From contig NW_025766747.1 of the NCBI RefSeq assembly GCF_003918875.1, forward strand, positions 1,116,001 through 1,180,000: a stretch of 64,000 nt of DNA, read 5' to 3'. Below, one piece after another: positions 29,501 to 41,400 of the stretch. Origin of the DNA: Haliotis rubra. Its lineage: Eukaryota. Positions within the stretch are counted from its first letter, which is position 1. The number at the start of each line of letters is the position of its first letter. A model generated the notes under the pieces. The model saw only the letters and a list, made by a program, of their open reading frames with translations. It was not told where the DNA came from and searched no databases. Both the position numbers and the translations under genes were made by a program.

Positions 29501-32500
29501 TCTGACTACTAGGTACAAAGTTATAACAAACATAAATCTCATTCTCACTACTAGGTGCAATGTTATAACAACAGAAATCTCATTCTGACTACTAGATGCA
29601 ATGTTATGACAAACAGAAATCTCATTGTGACTGCTAGGTTCAATGTCATACCAAACAGAAACCTCATTCTGACTACTAAATGCAGTGTTATAACAAAGGG
29701 GATCTCGTTGCGAGTAATAGACTGACTGATATTCATTATGACTAACAGACAAATCAAACAGGACCTGATTGTGACAAAAGGGATGTTTTGCTATACAGAT
29801 TCTCATCTGACTTACTCTGTGTTGCAGGCATAGAGACAATGGCTGAACAGCAGGGTCTGGAGGAGAACATCGGCTTGGTGGCCATGGGCGGGGATGTCAC
29901 GGTGATGCAGGATATCACAAATGACTATGGAAGGGTCAGGGACGCAATAGGTAGACCGGTAGTTAAGGGATGAATGCTGTAACAGTCACGTTTGTGGTGC
30001 CTGTGGTCTGAATTCAACATGCTAATGAATTCTCTGTTGACAGGTTTTTGTTTCATTGTTTTCCAATGTCCAGCTGTGAATCAATACAGTTTCGTCATTT
30101 TGAACATATTTTGCTTTGTAGATGACTTGGTTCTGCGAGGGGCGAGTCCCATATTCGAAGCTATTGTTGTTTCCGTGGCATCAATCAAGAACAGAGGTAA
30201 GCATTGCCTCGTACAAATCTCCGGGCGGCCACAAGCTTGCCCAGTCTCTCCAATTATGAATAATGAAGAAAAAGGTCTAAAAGTCTGAAGAAAACGAATT
30301 TTCATAAAATTGTCAATTTATCTGTCAATTACTGTTATTTACATACTTTTGGTGATTAAAAGCCAGCCTCATGTAGAAATGTCCCGATTTCAAGCGTAAA
30401 TGTGGTAGCAGACGATGTTTACCTTCGATACGGAAGTACGCTATTGCAGCTGCGCAGAATTACCGGACGCGCGGAATTACTAGACTCGCTTGTAGTAGCT
30501 GATGTTACAGTATATTTACCTGATAAGAAGTAATGACCAGTTTAGCGTTGACATACCTGTTGTTATAATAATTTACCTGATTAGAAGTAATGATTACTTT
30601 AGCGTTGTAGTACCTGCTTTTACAGTTTATTTACCTGATAAGAGGTAATGACCAGTTTAGCGTTGTAGTACCTGCTCTTACAGTTTATTTACCTGATGAG
30701 AAGTAATGACCTGTTTAGTGCTGAGGTACCTGCTGTTACAGTTTATTTACCTGATGAGAAGTAATGACCTGTTTAGTGCTGAGGTACCTGCTGTTACAGT
30801 TTATTTACCTGATGAGAAGTAATGACCTGTTTAGTGCTGAGGTACCTGCTGTTACAGTTTATTTACCTGGTGAAAAGTAATGACCTGTTTAGTGCTGAGG
30901 TACCTGCTGTTACAGTTTATTTACCTGATGAGAAGTAATGACCTGTTTAGTGCTGAGGTACCTGCTGTTACAGTTTATTTACCTGGTGAAAAGTAATGAC
31001 CTGTTTAGCGCTGAAGTACCTGCTGATACAGTTTATTTACCTGGTGAAAAGTAATAACCAGTTTAACGCTGCACTACATGTTGTTACACTTTATTCTGAT
31101 TGTGTCCCACAGCTGGTATTCTCCGTATTGGCGGAATTCACAAAGTCAAGCCAAGGATTATTTTCTTCACGGATGGTTTTGCAACCAGTGAAGATCACCC
31201 CGATGGACCAGACTCTGTTATCAATGATTCAAATGTATGCTTTGTTATTCTTTCACATATCATCTATCAAAGGACAGATGCAATAGTTGACTGGAAGGGT
31301 CATAGAAATTACACATAACCTCGCTATATACCTGTTACATAATGTATGTACATGTGTTTGTAATCTTAACCCTGATATGGTGTTTGAATAAATATAGAGT
31401 AATTTGTATAAGTGTACAACAATTATTAAAATGAAACATAAAAATGAGAATTGTTTTAATTGTATTTCTACCAATATAAATCCCGGACACCTGTGTTACT
31501 AGTTGAAGGTCCAGATTATCCGTCTAACAACCATGTTGGCACGAGAGAAGAGTGACACGGATCCACTGATATGGGTGCCAGTGGGAAACGCTGATACGGT
31601 ATTGAACTATTATTGATAATCTGTATAACATTTTGTTACATACATTATGCAAATAAATATGTTATAAGGACATTAAACACAAGTAACGAATGTTGTTATT
31701 TGTATATTTAATAAATGTATCATTTTCAGACGTTTCTGTCCTCGTTGGCGAAACTGGGAAACCAAGAATTGGTCGAAGGGAAGGACATTCACAGTCTGTG
31801 TAGCCGTTACAGGTTACAGGTAAATATACTATATAATAGCTTTTACCGTTGAATAGATAGATGTTGCGTCCTTCTAGTGAGACAGTCCAATTCGTAAACA
31901 TTATCTCGACAAAAATCTGTTGTTTATATAAATGGTTATATGTCAAATTGCACCGCAACTTTGTTAGGTGTTGAACATTTACACTATTATTGAGGATAGG
32001 CCAAATATATTTAACTTCGCTTTTCAAAGTACATTACTACTCTCTATTAATCAACACTTAACTCTGTTATAGGATACGATCGCAAAAATCTACTTATGCT
32101 TGGAGAAGAGCTTTTCTAAAGACAGAGAAAGAACAGAACGCAACATCGAAGCAGTAGCTGAAGCCTTCATGGGTGACATGACTCACGAAGAAAAGGTGAC
32201 ATCATACCTCAAACATCAAGTTGGGAAACCATTATTCGAATATATACGTTGTCCTTCACCTTCCATCACTTGTCATCAATGTGTGAATTGTAACTGTTTT
32301 CATATTATATCTGAATGTAGCCGATACACACCAGGTTCGAAAGGCGTGGTATATTGCACATTTATTTCCAATTGCACAGGTGAGTGTAACAACTATCTAT
32401 TAGATATTTGATAAGTGTCTTTTAGCAAAACCCTGTTTGAACTTGTATTCGTGAGAGGTGACTAGCGGGAACGGGTGGACATGTTTGCTGACACAGTTGG

Positions 32501-35140
32501 TGCATATCTTTGCATTTAAAATGTCAAGATCGATGTTCATGATGTCAATCACTGCATTATCTTGTACTGACTAGATTACTTACAAGCCACCGTCATATAG
32601 CTGGACGGTGTCGTGGGTGGCGTTAAACAAAATATAAATGCAAAGAATCCCTTCTGAAAGAGACTCTATTTTGAAAGTGTTTGTCAGGAATGAAACAAGT
32701 GAAGAGTTGATGCCATTGTGCATAATTTTTAGATGTACGTTGTTTTAGGTTTTCGTAATCAAAGCAGTGACGGAAAAGATAGAAAAGAAAGATGGCATAC
32801 TACCAGATGATGGTCCCAGCGATTATGACAATGTCCTCGAACGAGAGGGGTTACCTCCACTTGGGTCCAGGGTGATACGAGGACCGGACTGGAAGTATGG
32901 AGACCAGGATGTGGAAGGGCCTGGAACCGTTGTCAATCATGCAAATGATCATCGTGAGAAACATTTATTACTTGGGGCAAGATACGCTCACCTCTTTCCC
33001 AATATCTGGCATCATCATTATTTGATAGTGATTCATAAACACATGATTGAATCTGTTTTCAGTAGTTTAGTAGGATTTCTGTCGCTGTTGAGCGTTTTGT
33101 AGGACAATAACGTTCATGAACAAGTATATATAGTAATGTTGTTATACTTTGTAGTTTATAACGATTCAGATCATATAACGATTTATAACGATTCATATGT
33201 TTGTATAAAGTCAGCCTGGTCAGGTACATCATCTATCATACACCACTGACAAAACGCAAATTCCAACAATGAGACTATTCCAGAAGAAGTAATGGTGTAT
33301 TATTTACTTTTTGTCAGAGTTTTTGTGGGTACGTTGGGATCTGTACGACAGCAACTGCAGGTACAGATATGGGTATGAAGAACAGTTCGATGTTCTTCTA
33401 GTCGACCAGTCACGACGCCTGGCCGCAAATGAGCTGATTGAGATTGGTGTCAAGGTCAAAAGGGGTATGTCATATATGACTTCCGTTGTTCATGTCTTAG
33501 TATGTTATAATACTTTTTGGATTTGTCGAAAATACTCCTGATGCAGAACTGGCCGCAACATAAGACGTTAAACACACGGCCGATAATGTACAGACAGTAT
33601 TAATGCCTTGATATTGGTGGAGTATTCTCAGTGTCATAAGTCGCCCGGATTCAGCCATTTACAAATGATGGAGGAGTCCTCGGTGATGTACAGCTGACAG
33701 CCACTGTTATACATTGTATCCTATTTCCAGGAACTGACTGGTCATATGGAAACCAAGATGGTGGTCCTGGCGGCCGTGGGATGGTGATACGAAAACGGAA
33801 GGATGGGAGAGTGAAAGTAAAATACAACATTTATTAATGATACAATGTTTTCGAATTATCTCACACATTTAAACATGGGTTCGTATAACTCTCTCAAAAC
33901 CCCCCCAAATGATAATATCGTATACTGAAAGAAAACTTTCCAGGATTCGACAATTATGTACTTATACACTTTCAGGTGAGATGGGACAACGGCCACATCA
34001 ACTCCTACAATTTTGGATCCCATGGGGAATTTGATCTCGAAATCAGGTAAGACTCAGCATAAATACTTGTTTTAGCGTCTATAATCTAACATGTCAACAC
34101 CAACCTTTGTCGATTATTTCCCGTAACAGATTTCAAAGGGCTGAAAAGGCTAAATGAGTGATAAGTGATGAAAATCAGATCATTGGATGACATATATTTA
34201 GTGATGACATGCGTTCACGAAAATATGCGTCATTCACCTTGAAGTTATCACAGTAGCCACACAAGGAGGTGCAACTAATAGATTAAGCTCAGATCATTGT
34301 CTCTGTTCTCTTCTTATCCCTTACATGTTATCATTCTTTTCAGTTCTGAAGAAGACGAATTATCTGCTGTTATAGCAGCGTCCTTGGAAGAAACAGCATC
34401 TCCTTCTAGAGTCCCAGGTGAGTTGTGAATATTTGATCATGTGAACTGAGTGTTTTATAGTGATATTTGGGTCTTCAAAACAAGTGTTTTTTATAGATGA
34501 AGAAGTCAAGGGAACCCTGCAGACAGAGGACAGACCACACATAGTCTGGCAATGGAGAGACGATAGTGGCGTCTGGAGACTGTACACACATAAGCAGATA
34601 GAAAAATTGGAGAGGGATTACAGCCGGACAAGTGCCAGGACTTGCGTTCTTCAGAAAGGGGATCAGAGGTAAATATGTGGTCACTGCACATTACACACTG
34701 TAAAGGATGTTGTAAAGATGTATTCAATAATTGTTAGTACTAACCCACATGCTCAACCATTTCGTAAACTCACCTTTAGGCATCATGTAAATGTGTGCAT
34801 ACCTTTTTGTGAATAACACAGTTAATGAGCTAATATACATCTGTAGTGTAATTTTCATTTTCAGCTTTCGTATCACATTCAAAGAACCCATGTCACAGAA
34901 GTCATCCAACGATGGGAGAAGATATGATGTTCAAAGACTCGGTGAGCAGTTTTATTCCATGGAAGAAGTATTAGACAAATAGCTCATAGAATGGTTTCTA
35001 TTCCCTGATAACTGTTTTTATTTCATGATTTACATTTCTGTGCAGCTGTGAGTACCAAGGACCTGGACCAGCTCATCTCCCAAACATCAGCTGTAGAAGA
35101 CGTGGGATGGATGTGGGCGGACAAGGAATATGTACAGTAG
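23572..35140 (+). CDS. Paralogue B: multi-exon gene, N-terminal unannotated domain - VWA - 2x MIB/HERC2 - UIM-like - WWE protein (start exon upstream, ~23060-23190, uncertain)
   Basis: Exons (approx.): 23572-23941 (N-domain), 24180-24231, 24372-24903 (coiled coil plus 23-aa repeats), 25082-25216, 26321-26364, 26589-26686, 28814-28933 (TVLCVDVSES), 29828-29950, 30122-30196, 31113-31234 (RIIFFTDG), 31504-31599, 31730-31818, 32073-32195, 32749-32954 (LPPLGSRVIRGPDWKYGDQD), 33318-33464, 33732-33816, 33976-34046, 34344-34417, 34497-34668 (VWQWRDDSGVWRLY), 34865-34941, 35046-35140 (TAG). Splice phases are consistent throughout. Confidence 0.88.
24531..24800 (+). repeat. Coding 69-bp tandem repeat (23 aa, DERDAIQVSTEGVASVHGHVLEA, ~4 copies) in gene B
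   Basis: In-frame near-identical repeats inside exon 24372-24903. Confidence 0.9.
25366..26053 (+). mobile_element. Non-autonomous element, Helentron/HINE-like
   Basis: A 5' AGGTCTCCT motif recurs near the 3' end, followed by a GC-rich hairpin (AGGTCTCCTGCCCAGAGGCAAGGAGCCCT) and preceded by an (AAT)n tract. The classification is inference. Confidence 0.45.
26739..28179 (+). mobile_element. Tc1-family (DD34E) transposon, defective, in an intron of gene B
   Basis: About 30-bp TIRs (CTAAGCAGCAAAAGAAACGTCAG / CTGACGTTTTTCTTGCTGCTGAG) flanked by TA. Transposase fragments MPRLTTAQRNQALGRL, GRPRVTT, FTDESRY, MVWGGI, FQYDNARAH, SPDLNPIEHLW, GGHTRY, with frameshifts, a stop at ~27437 and an internal deletion. 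Confidence 0.93.
29160..29700. repeat. ~41-42 bp intronic minisatellite (AACAGAAATCTCATTCTGACTACTAGGTGCAATGTTATAAC)
   Basis: About 13 tandem copies. Confidence 0.9.
30495..31070. repeat. 58-bp intronic minisatellite (TTTACCTGATGAGAAGTAATGACCTGTTTAGTGCTGAGGTACCTGCTGTTACAGTTTA)
   Basis: About 10 tandem copies, homogeneous in the centre and diverged at the edges. Confidence 0.92.
32430..32635 (+). mobile_element. SINE family 2 fragment
   Basis: Shares GATCGATG(C/T)TCATG...CCGTCATATAGCTGG...GGCGTTAAACAA with copies at ~42795-43320, 44650-44760, 37930-38100 (minus) and 47975-48050 (minus). Confidence 0.6.
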
Positions 35141-35626
35141 TGGCTGTATTCATACTGAATACGTCCATATCGTGACGTGGGATGGATGTGGGCGGACGAG
35201 GAATATGTACAGTAGTGGCTGTATTCATACTGAGTACGTCCATATCGTGACGTGGGATGGATGTGGGCGGACAAGGATTATGTACAGTAGTGGCTGTATT
35301 CATACTGAGTACGTCCACATCGTGACGTGGGATGGATGTGGGCGGACAAGGAATATGTACAGTAGTGGCTGTATTCATACTGAGTACGTCCATATCGTGA
35401 CGTGGGATGGATGTGGGCGGACAAGGATTATGTACAGTAGTGGCTGTATTCATACTGAGTACGTCCATATCGTGACGTGGGATGGATGTGGGCGGACAAG
35501 GATTATGTACAGTAGTGGCTGTATTCATACTGAGTACGTCCATATCGTGACGTGGGATGGATGTGGGCGGACAAGGATTATGTACAGTAGTGGCTGTATT
35601 CATACTGAGTACGTCCATATCGTGAA
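35101..35626. repeat. 75-bp minisatellite x7; the first copy contains the last codons and stop of gene B
   Basis: Unit starts CGTGGGATGGATGTGGGCGGACAAGG at 35101, 35176, 35251, 35326, 35401, 35476 and 35551. Confidence 0.95.
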
Positions 35627-35729
35627 CTAAACAGTAGCTCTATACTGTTAAACTGTACATGAGGTGACACAGTTGCTGTATGCAGACTGGATACGTACAT
35701 ACCCGGAATTTTACTCTAGCTGTGTACCG

Positions 35730-36836
35730 ACTGGATACCTACATGGTCTGGTGTACAGTAGCTGTATACTGATAACATACGTACATGGTCTGATGTACTG
35801 TAGCTGTGTACTGATTGAGTACGTACATGGTCTGGGGAATAGTAGATGTATACTGATTGGGTACGTACATGGTCTGATGGACAGTAGCTGTATACTGATT
35901 GGGTACGAACATGGTCTGATGTACAGTAGCTGTATACAGATTGGGTACGTACATGGTCTTATGTACAGTAGATGTGTACTGATTGGATGCGTACATGGTC
36001 TGATGGACAGTAGCTGTATACTGATTGGGTACGTACATGGTCTTATGTACAGTCGATGTGTACTGATTGGGTACCTACATGGTCTGAGGTACAGTAGCTG
36101 TGTACTGATTGGATACGTGCAGGGTCTGAGGTACAATAGCTGTATACTGATTGGATACCTACATGGTCTGAGGTACAGTAGCTGTGTACTGATTGGATAC
36201 GTGCAGGGTGTGAGGTACAATAGCTGTATACTGATTGGATACCTACATGGTCTGATGTACAGTAGATGTGTACTGATTGGATGCGTACATGGTCTGATGG
36301 ACAGTAGCTGTATACTGATTGGGTACGTACATGGTCTGATGTACAGTAGCTGTATACTGATTGGGTACGTACATGGTCTGATGTACAGTAGCTGTGTACT
36401 GATTGGTTACCTACATGGTCTGAGGTACAGTAGCTGTGTACTGATTGGATGCGTACATGGTCTGATGGACAGTAGATGTATACTGATTGGGTACGTACAT
36501 GGTCTTATGTACAGTAGCTGTGTACTGATTGGGTACGCACATTGTCTGATGTACAGTAGCTGTGTACTGATTGGATGCGTACATGGTCTGATGGACAGTA
36601 GCTGTATACTGATTGGGTACGTACATGGTCTGAGGTACAATAGCTGTATACTGATTGGATACCTACATGGTCTTATGTACAGTAGATGTGTACTGATTGG
36701 GTACGTACATGGTCTGAGGTACAATAGCTGTATACTGATTGGGTACGTACATGGTCTTATGTGCAGTAGATGTGTACTGATTGGATGCGTACATGGTCTG
36801 ATGGACAGTTGCTGTATACTGATTGGGTACGTACAT
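35730..36836. repeat. 42-bp satellite (GTACAGTAGCTGTATACTGATTGGGTACGTACATGGTCTGAT)
   Basis: About 26 tandem copies; explains the 449-aa YSSCILIGYVHGLM ORF. Confidence 0.95.
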
Positions 36837-37044
36837 CCAATTGTACAGTGCTGTCTTTGTAAACGTGGTGAAATGAACAGCAGTTGTATACACACTGACC
36901 CTGTTCATGTTCTGAACATATATTTGTATACTGACTGTATTTGTACATTTGTCATCATCCTTGGGTTCTTTTTGCATATGAATAAACACGGATATTATCG
37001 ACGGAGGTTCTAGGGACATTATCACAGAAAAGAAAACGAGGTGT

Positions 37045-37113
37045 GCGAGATTCGAACATGAGTCTTGAGCGTGACAAGCTAACGCTTTAACCCCTAAGCT
37101 ATCCCTTGCCCCC
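37045..37113 (-). mobile_element. tRNA-head fragment of SINE family 1
   Basis: The reverse complement reads GGGGCAAGGGATAGCTTAGGGGTTAAAGCGTTAGCTTGTCACGCTCAAGACTCATGTTCGAATCTC. Confidence 0.65.
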
Positions 37114-37540
37114 AAGACCAACTTAGATGTGTATGTACAGGGAGACATCCCCTGGGGATATTGTGTTACTTAGTGTCCAATGTTGAGCTGTTGATTTTTG
37201 TTCGAATTAATTATGTTTAATCAATCAGATCCTTTGGCTTTTGAGAATTCATGTGTCTCAAATATTTCATTAATTCCACTTATTGTAATCACTTCGATAG
37301 CATTCATAATGAGTTCACATGTGACGCCAATTGAAAGTAACGACATAAAACTATAATGGAGTTGGAATGCCTGTAGCGAACATACACAAACCACAGCACA
37401 ATAAAGGGCAATATATATTTTATTGTCATTGTGTAAACCACACTAATGAGCATCAATCTTCATATTGTAGCGTACAGAGAAGCGGAAACTGATATAAAAC
37501 CACAAACATTCGTCGGAACCATAAAGTAGCATCTTTATTA

Positions 37541-37680
37541 CTTATGGATGATCAACTTCTTTATGTTAACAATCGCGACATTCTTATACCGTTTTGGAGA
37601 ATGCTTGAAAACATGCTTGAAAACTGTATAAGAATCTATAACGAAACGTCGTCATTGTTAAGAAGTTGATCATCCATAAG
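37541..37680. mobile_element. 140-bp fold-back MITE
   Basis: Perfect 21-bp terminal inverted repeat CTTATGGATGATCAACTTCTT / AAGAAGTTGATCATCCATAAG, plus an inner TTCTTATAC / GTATAAGAA pair. Confidence 0.75.
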
Positions 37681-38450
37681 GTTTTGCAATCTCTAATTTT
37701 ATAACTGTAGGGTACACCAACCTCCCAATTCTCACTTCCATGTCAAATGTCATTCAGTGAGTAATATTTACAATTTTGTTTTTTCCCCAATCCAGGAAAC
37801 AATTTCTTGAACTCACAAGGAGAATTTTATTGAAAACATATCAAGCATAGACCTCAAACAGAAACGTTTCAGGTCATATAGACAACATTTACACTTGGTC
37901 GCAAGTTTGATTAACGTTCAGTGCCGTACTCAGCTACATATATTCCTTCTATGTGACGGTGATGTGTGAAACACCCGAGTGTGGACTGTACAATCCACTG
38001 GCTGTCATCAGCAGATCTACCCACTTAATATATCAACGAGCCTGATCAGCATCGCCTCTTAAGACAATCGCGGATTAAAGAAAACAGCTTATCCGGACTT
38101 TCACGCGTTTCTGATGCGTGTGGATATATACCGTAACGTTATTTGAGTGATTTTTAAAAGAGGAATTGTGATTTCCGGTAATTATATTACGATGCTATTA
38201 TTATGGAATTGCAACTGCTGACTTGAATCAACATAACGAAAGGCAGAGCAAACGATACTGATCGATGTCTTGACAGACGCCCCACTCCACTTAACCTCTT
38301 CCCATCATAAATACTTCTCTACTTATGTTCACATTTTCATTATACTACTGCAGCACAATCTAATGTCAAAATGATGCCTCTGGGGAATTTCCCCAAGACT
38401 TTGGGCACTTCATATCAGATGTTCGGATCGTGCATGTTCTGTTATATGAT

Positions 38451-41400
38451 TCATTTGTCTGAAATGAAGAACACATTAGGAATAAGTGATCGGGTATAGG
38501 GCTGCTTTGAACAGTATTATAGTCACATCGAATATATATGAAATGAAAGTCCAAAGTGATCAAAAGTATAACTTTAGGAATCTACATTACAAAGTATTAT
38601 TTGAAAATAAAAACCTGCTGTTGCTACTGCTAGTTATTTATGAATTATTATGTTTTATAACGCATACAATGTGTACTTTGCACTATAACGGGAGGATTCA
38701 GGATGATAAAAATCTTACCCGCATATCGTTTTCTGATATGTGCTGTGGTCTTGTTGGTCACTGCCCTCTCGGTGTTTGTTTTGAAGGAAACTCTGAAGCT
38801 TTAAGGAACATGGACACAAAGATGATGGGGTAATGGCATGTTGCTCAAGAACATAATAAAACAGGATTGATCTTCATGACACTTAGAGCTATTGGTGGAA
38901 ATATATTTCCCAGTAGGTTTTACCGAGAAACGTATTGTACTTAACTTACATTATGCATTTTCCTGATGCATAATAAAACATGTTGTGTATTGGGTTTCGT
39001 TTGTATTATAAATCGGTGATTATAGATTCCATGTGTGTTTACTTGTTGAATACCTTTCACCATTTCTTGTCAGGAGACATGAACCAGTTTTCCGTTTCTC
39101 ATACTCCTTCTTCAGCTTGCTGTCTTCCTCCTCCGAGTAATTGTGCCATGTGGTCCCATCATCACTTCTCTGCCACACGTATTGCGCACCCGGTTTATCT
39201 TCATCCCTTCCGTTTGCTGAAATATTTTGACGTTAAAACTACCGCTCTCATTTTTGGCTCTCCTATATTCAGGACCTAATCAATAATATTCAGTGCTAGA
39301 AAAACAAACTTGCATGTCTTAATATGACCAGCTGACTTACACAATTTCTCGTTATTCAAATCACGACCCCCTATCATGCCCACCACCCCTACTCAAGTTT
39401 AATCCACGGTTGACACTGACACAATCGTAAAATGATATTAAGATGTGTTTCTTTTAAGCAAAAGTACTTCTATTCGCATATAAAGACCTTGCTTTTAATG
39501 GATCAAGTCGTTTACAAGCCCCTTGGGAGCTTGGTAGTAGCATTAATGCCATTCCTACAGTCGTTACTTCAACAAACACGACCAAATGACCTCGTCATAT
39601 TACACATGACACAGACAGCTTAGCGTTTTATATCTGACCCATTTTCTCTCATGACAGTTCGCAGGGTTAAGTCGTTACACCAAGAAAGGTTTTCACAGTT
39701 TTACTCCGGCATGACAAACTTTAGGTGCCCTCGCCATTAGCACGTGTGTGGTGCTTATGAACGCTTGATAAACGAGCGTGCTTCTCAAGAAATGACAAAT
39801 GTTATATGCTGTGACCAAAGACTGCTTACATTGTCCAGTGGAACACAGAGAACCGTTCGTTTCCGGAACCTGCACTGTCTGGCATGAGAATGGGTCTCTG
39901 AAAGTATGATTTTACAAGTCAGTGTTATCAAAAGAACACATAATCTATTAGTCGGTTCACAAACAGCAGTGTGAGTAAGCTGAAACCAATTGTTGTCCCT
40001 ATGACCCGACCCATGATTCCCTACCTTAGCTTCAGTTCGAATGTATTGTTTTCTCCATAGTTGTAGTTAAACGTATCTCCATTTTCCCAACGAACCTGGA
40101 GATAACAAAAACGAATACCGGTCACTCCTTGTTTGATGAAAGAACAGAATATCGAAACTGAACATGACATGTATTTGTTGGATCCAGATATTTATCCATA
40201 TATTTATTAATGGCGTGGGGGTTACCTTCACTTTGTGGCCACGCTTACGTATGACGGTGCCTAAACTTCCGGGTCCACCATCTTGATCTTGATAGGCGTC
40301 CAACCAGTGCGGCCCTGAAGCAGTTGTATTGTTATTGTATTATTGCTTTTCTCGATATAAAAGAGAAACAGGAATTAACGTCGAATTCAAAATTATTGCA
40401 GAGAGGAATGAGTCAGTTAAACAGTGACCCAGGCAGAACCATATTCTGACTGCAAGCTAACAAGTCTTTGTTTTACCCCTTCATGCCTACTACCAGGCAA
40501 AGTAACATAAATTCCTATTCATTGATCGAGGGACGGTGGGGTCGCCTTGTGGTTAAAGGGTCCGTTGTTCACGTTGAGGACCCGGGTTCGATTCCCCACA
40601 TGGGTACAACGTGTGATGCCCATTTCAGGTGTCCCCCGCCGTGGTATTGCGGGAATATTGCAAAAAGGGAGTAAAATCATACACACTCACTCATAGATCT
40701 AGTCACTGTCTGGTGTTCTAGCAACTAGTCCATTGAGGAGGTCGAAAATACGAATATCGAAATGGTCTCGCTTGGTGCACCTGCTACATACCTCTTTCTA
40801 CTTGGACACCGATTGTGATTTGACTATGCTCCACAACACGCGGTAGATAGTCTGCTATCAGGACATCAAAGGCACTTTCCTCGCCGTACCTGTACACATT
40901 TCTGCCTCCATTGTCCCACTTGACCCATAGAGAATCTGCAAATATGACAAATATATTGTAAATTACATGATTTTACAGTAAGGAAGTTATTACCGATTCT
41001 TTGAAACGACCTCAAAGAATCCAACGATATATATAAAATATGTCAAACTCCCTTACCTGTCTCATGTAGCGCCGGTATTCCACTGATATGTACTCGGGTT
41101 ATTTTCACATTCACATTCTTATTCACATTCACATATAACTAAACACGCCTAAATAATGGGCGGAAACGTAAAAAAATAGATGCATTCAGTAATATGCGCA
41201 CCTGCTGATTGTCCGTGGTTGATGACAGTCCCCGGGCCGTCAGCGTCTTGATTCCCCCACTTCCAGTCAGGACCCCGTTCTACCCTTGTTCCAAGAGGGG
41301 GAAGATTGCCGTATTCAATGGCGTTGCTGAAGTCGTCTGTAGCACCTAAGTCAACCTCCACACTGCAGAGTTGTTCTCTAACAATGGCTTCAACCTCGTC

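Noticed and set aside
30495-31070. CRISPR-like regular repeats
   Set aside because: Head-to-tail repeats without unique spacers, no cas genes, and a eukaryotic intron context.
35664-37013. 449-aa ORF of 14-aa repeats
   Set aside because: It is a 42-bp satellite whose unit is a multiple of 3, lying downstream of B's stop codon.
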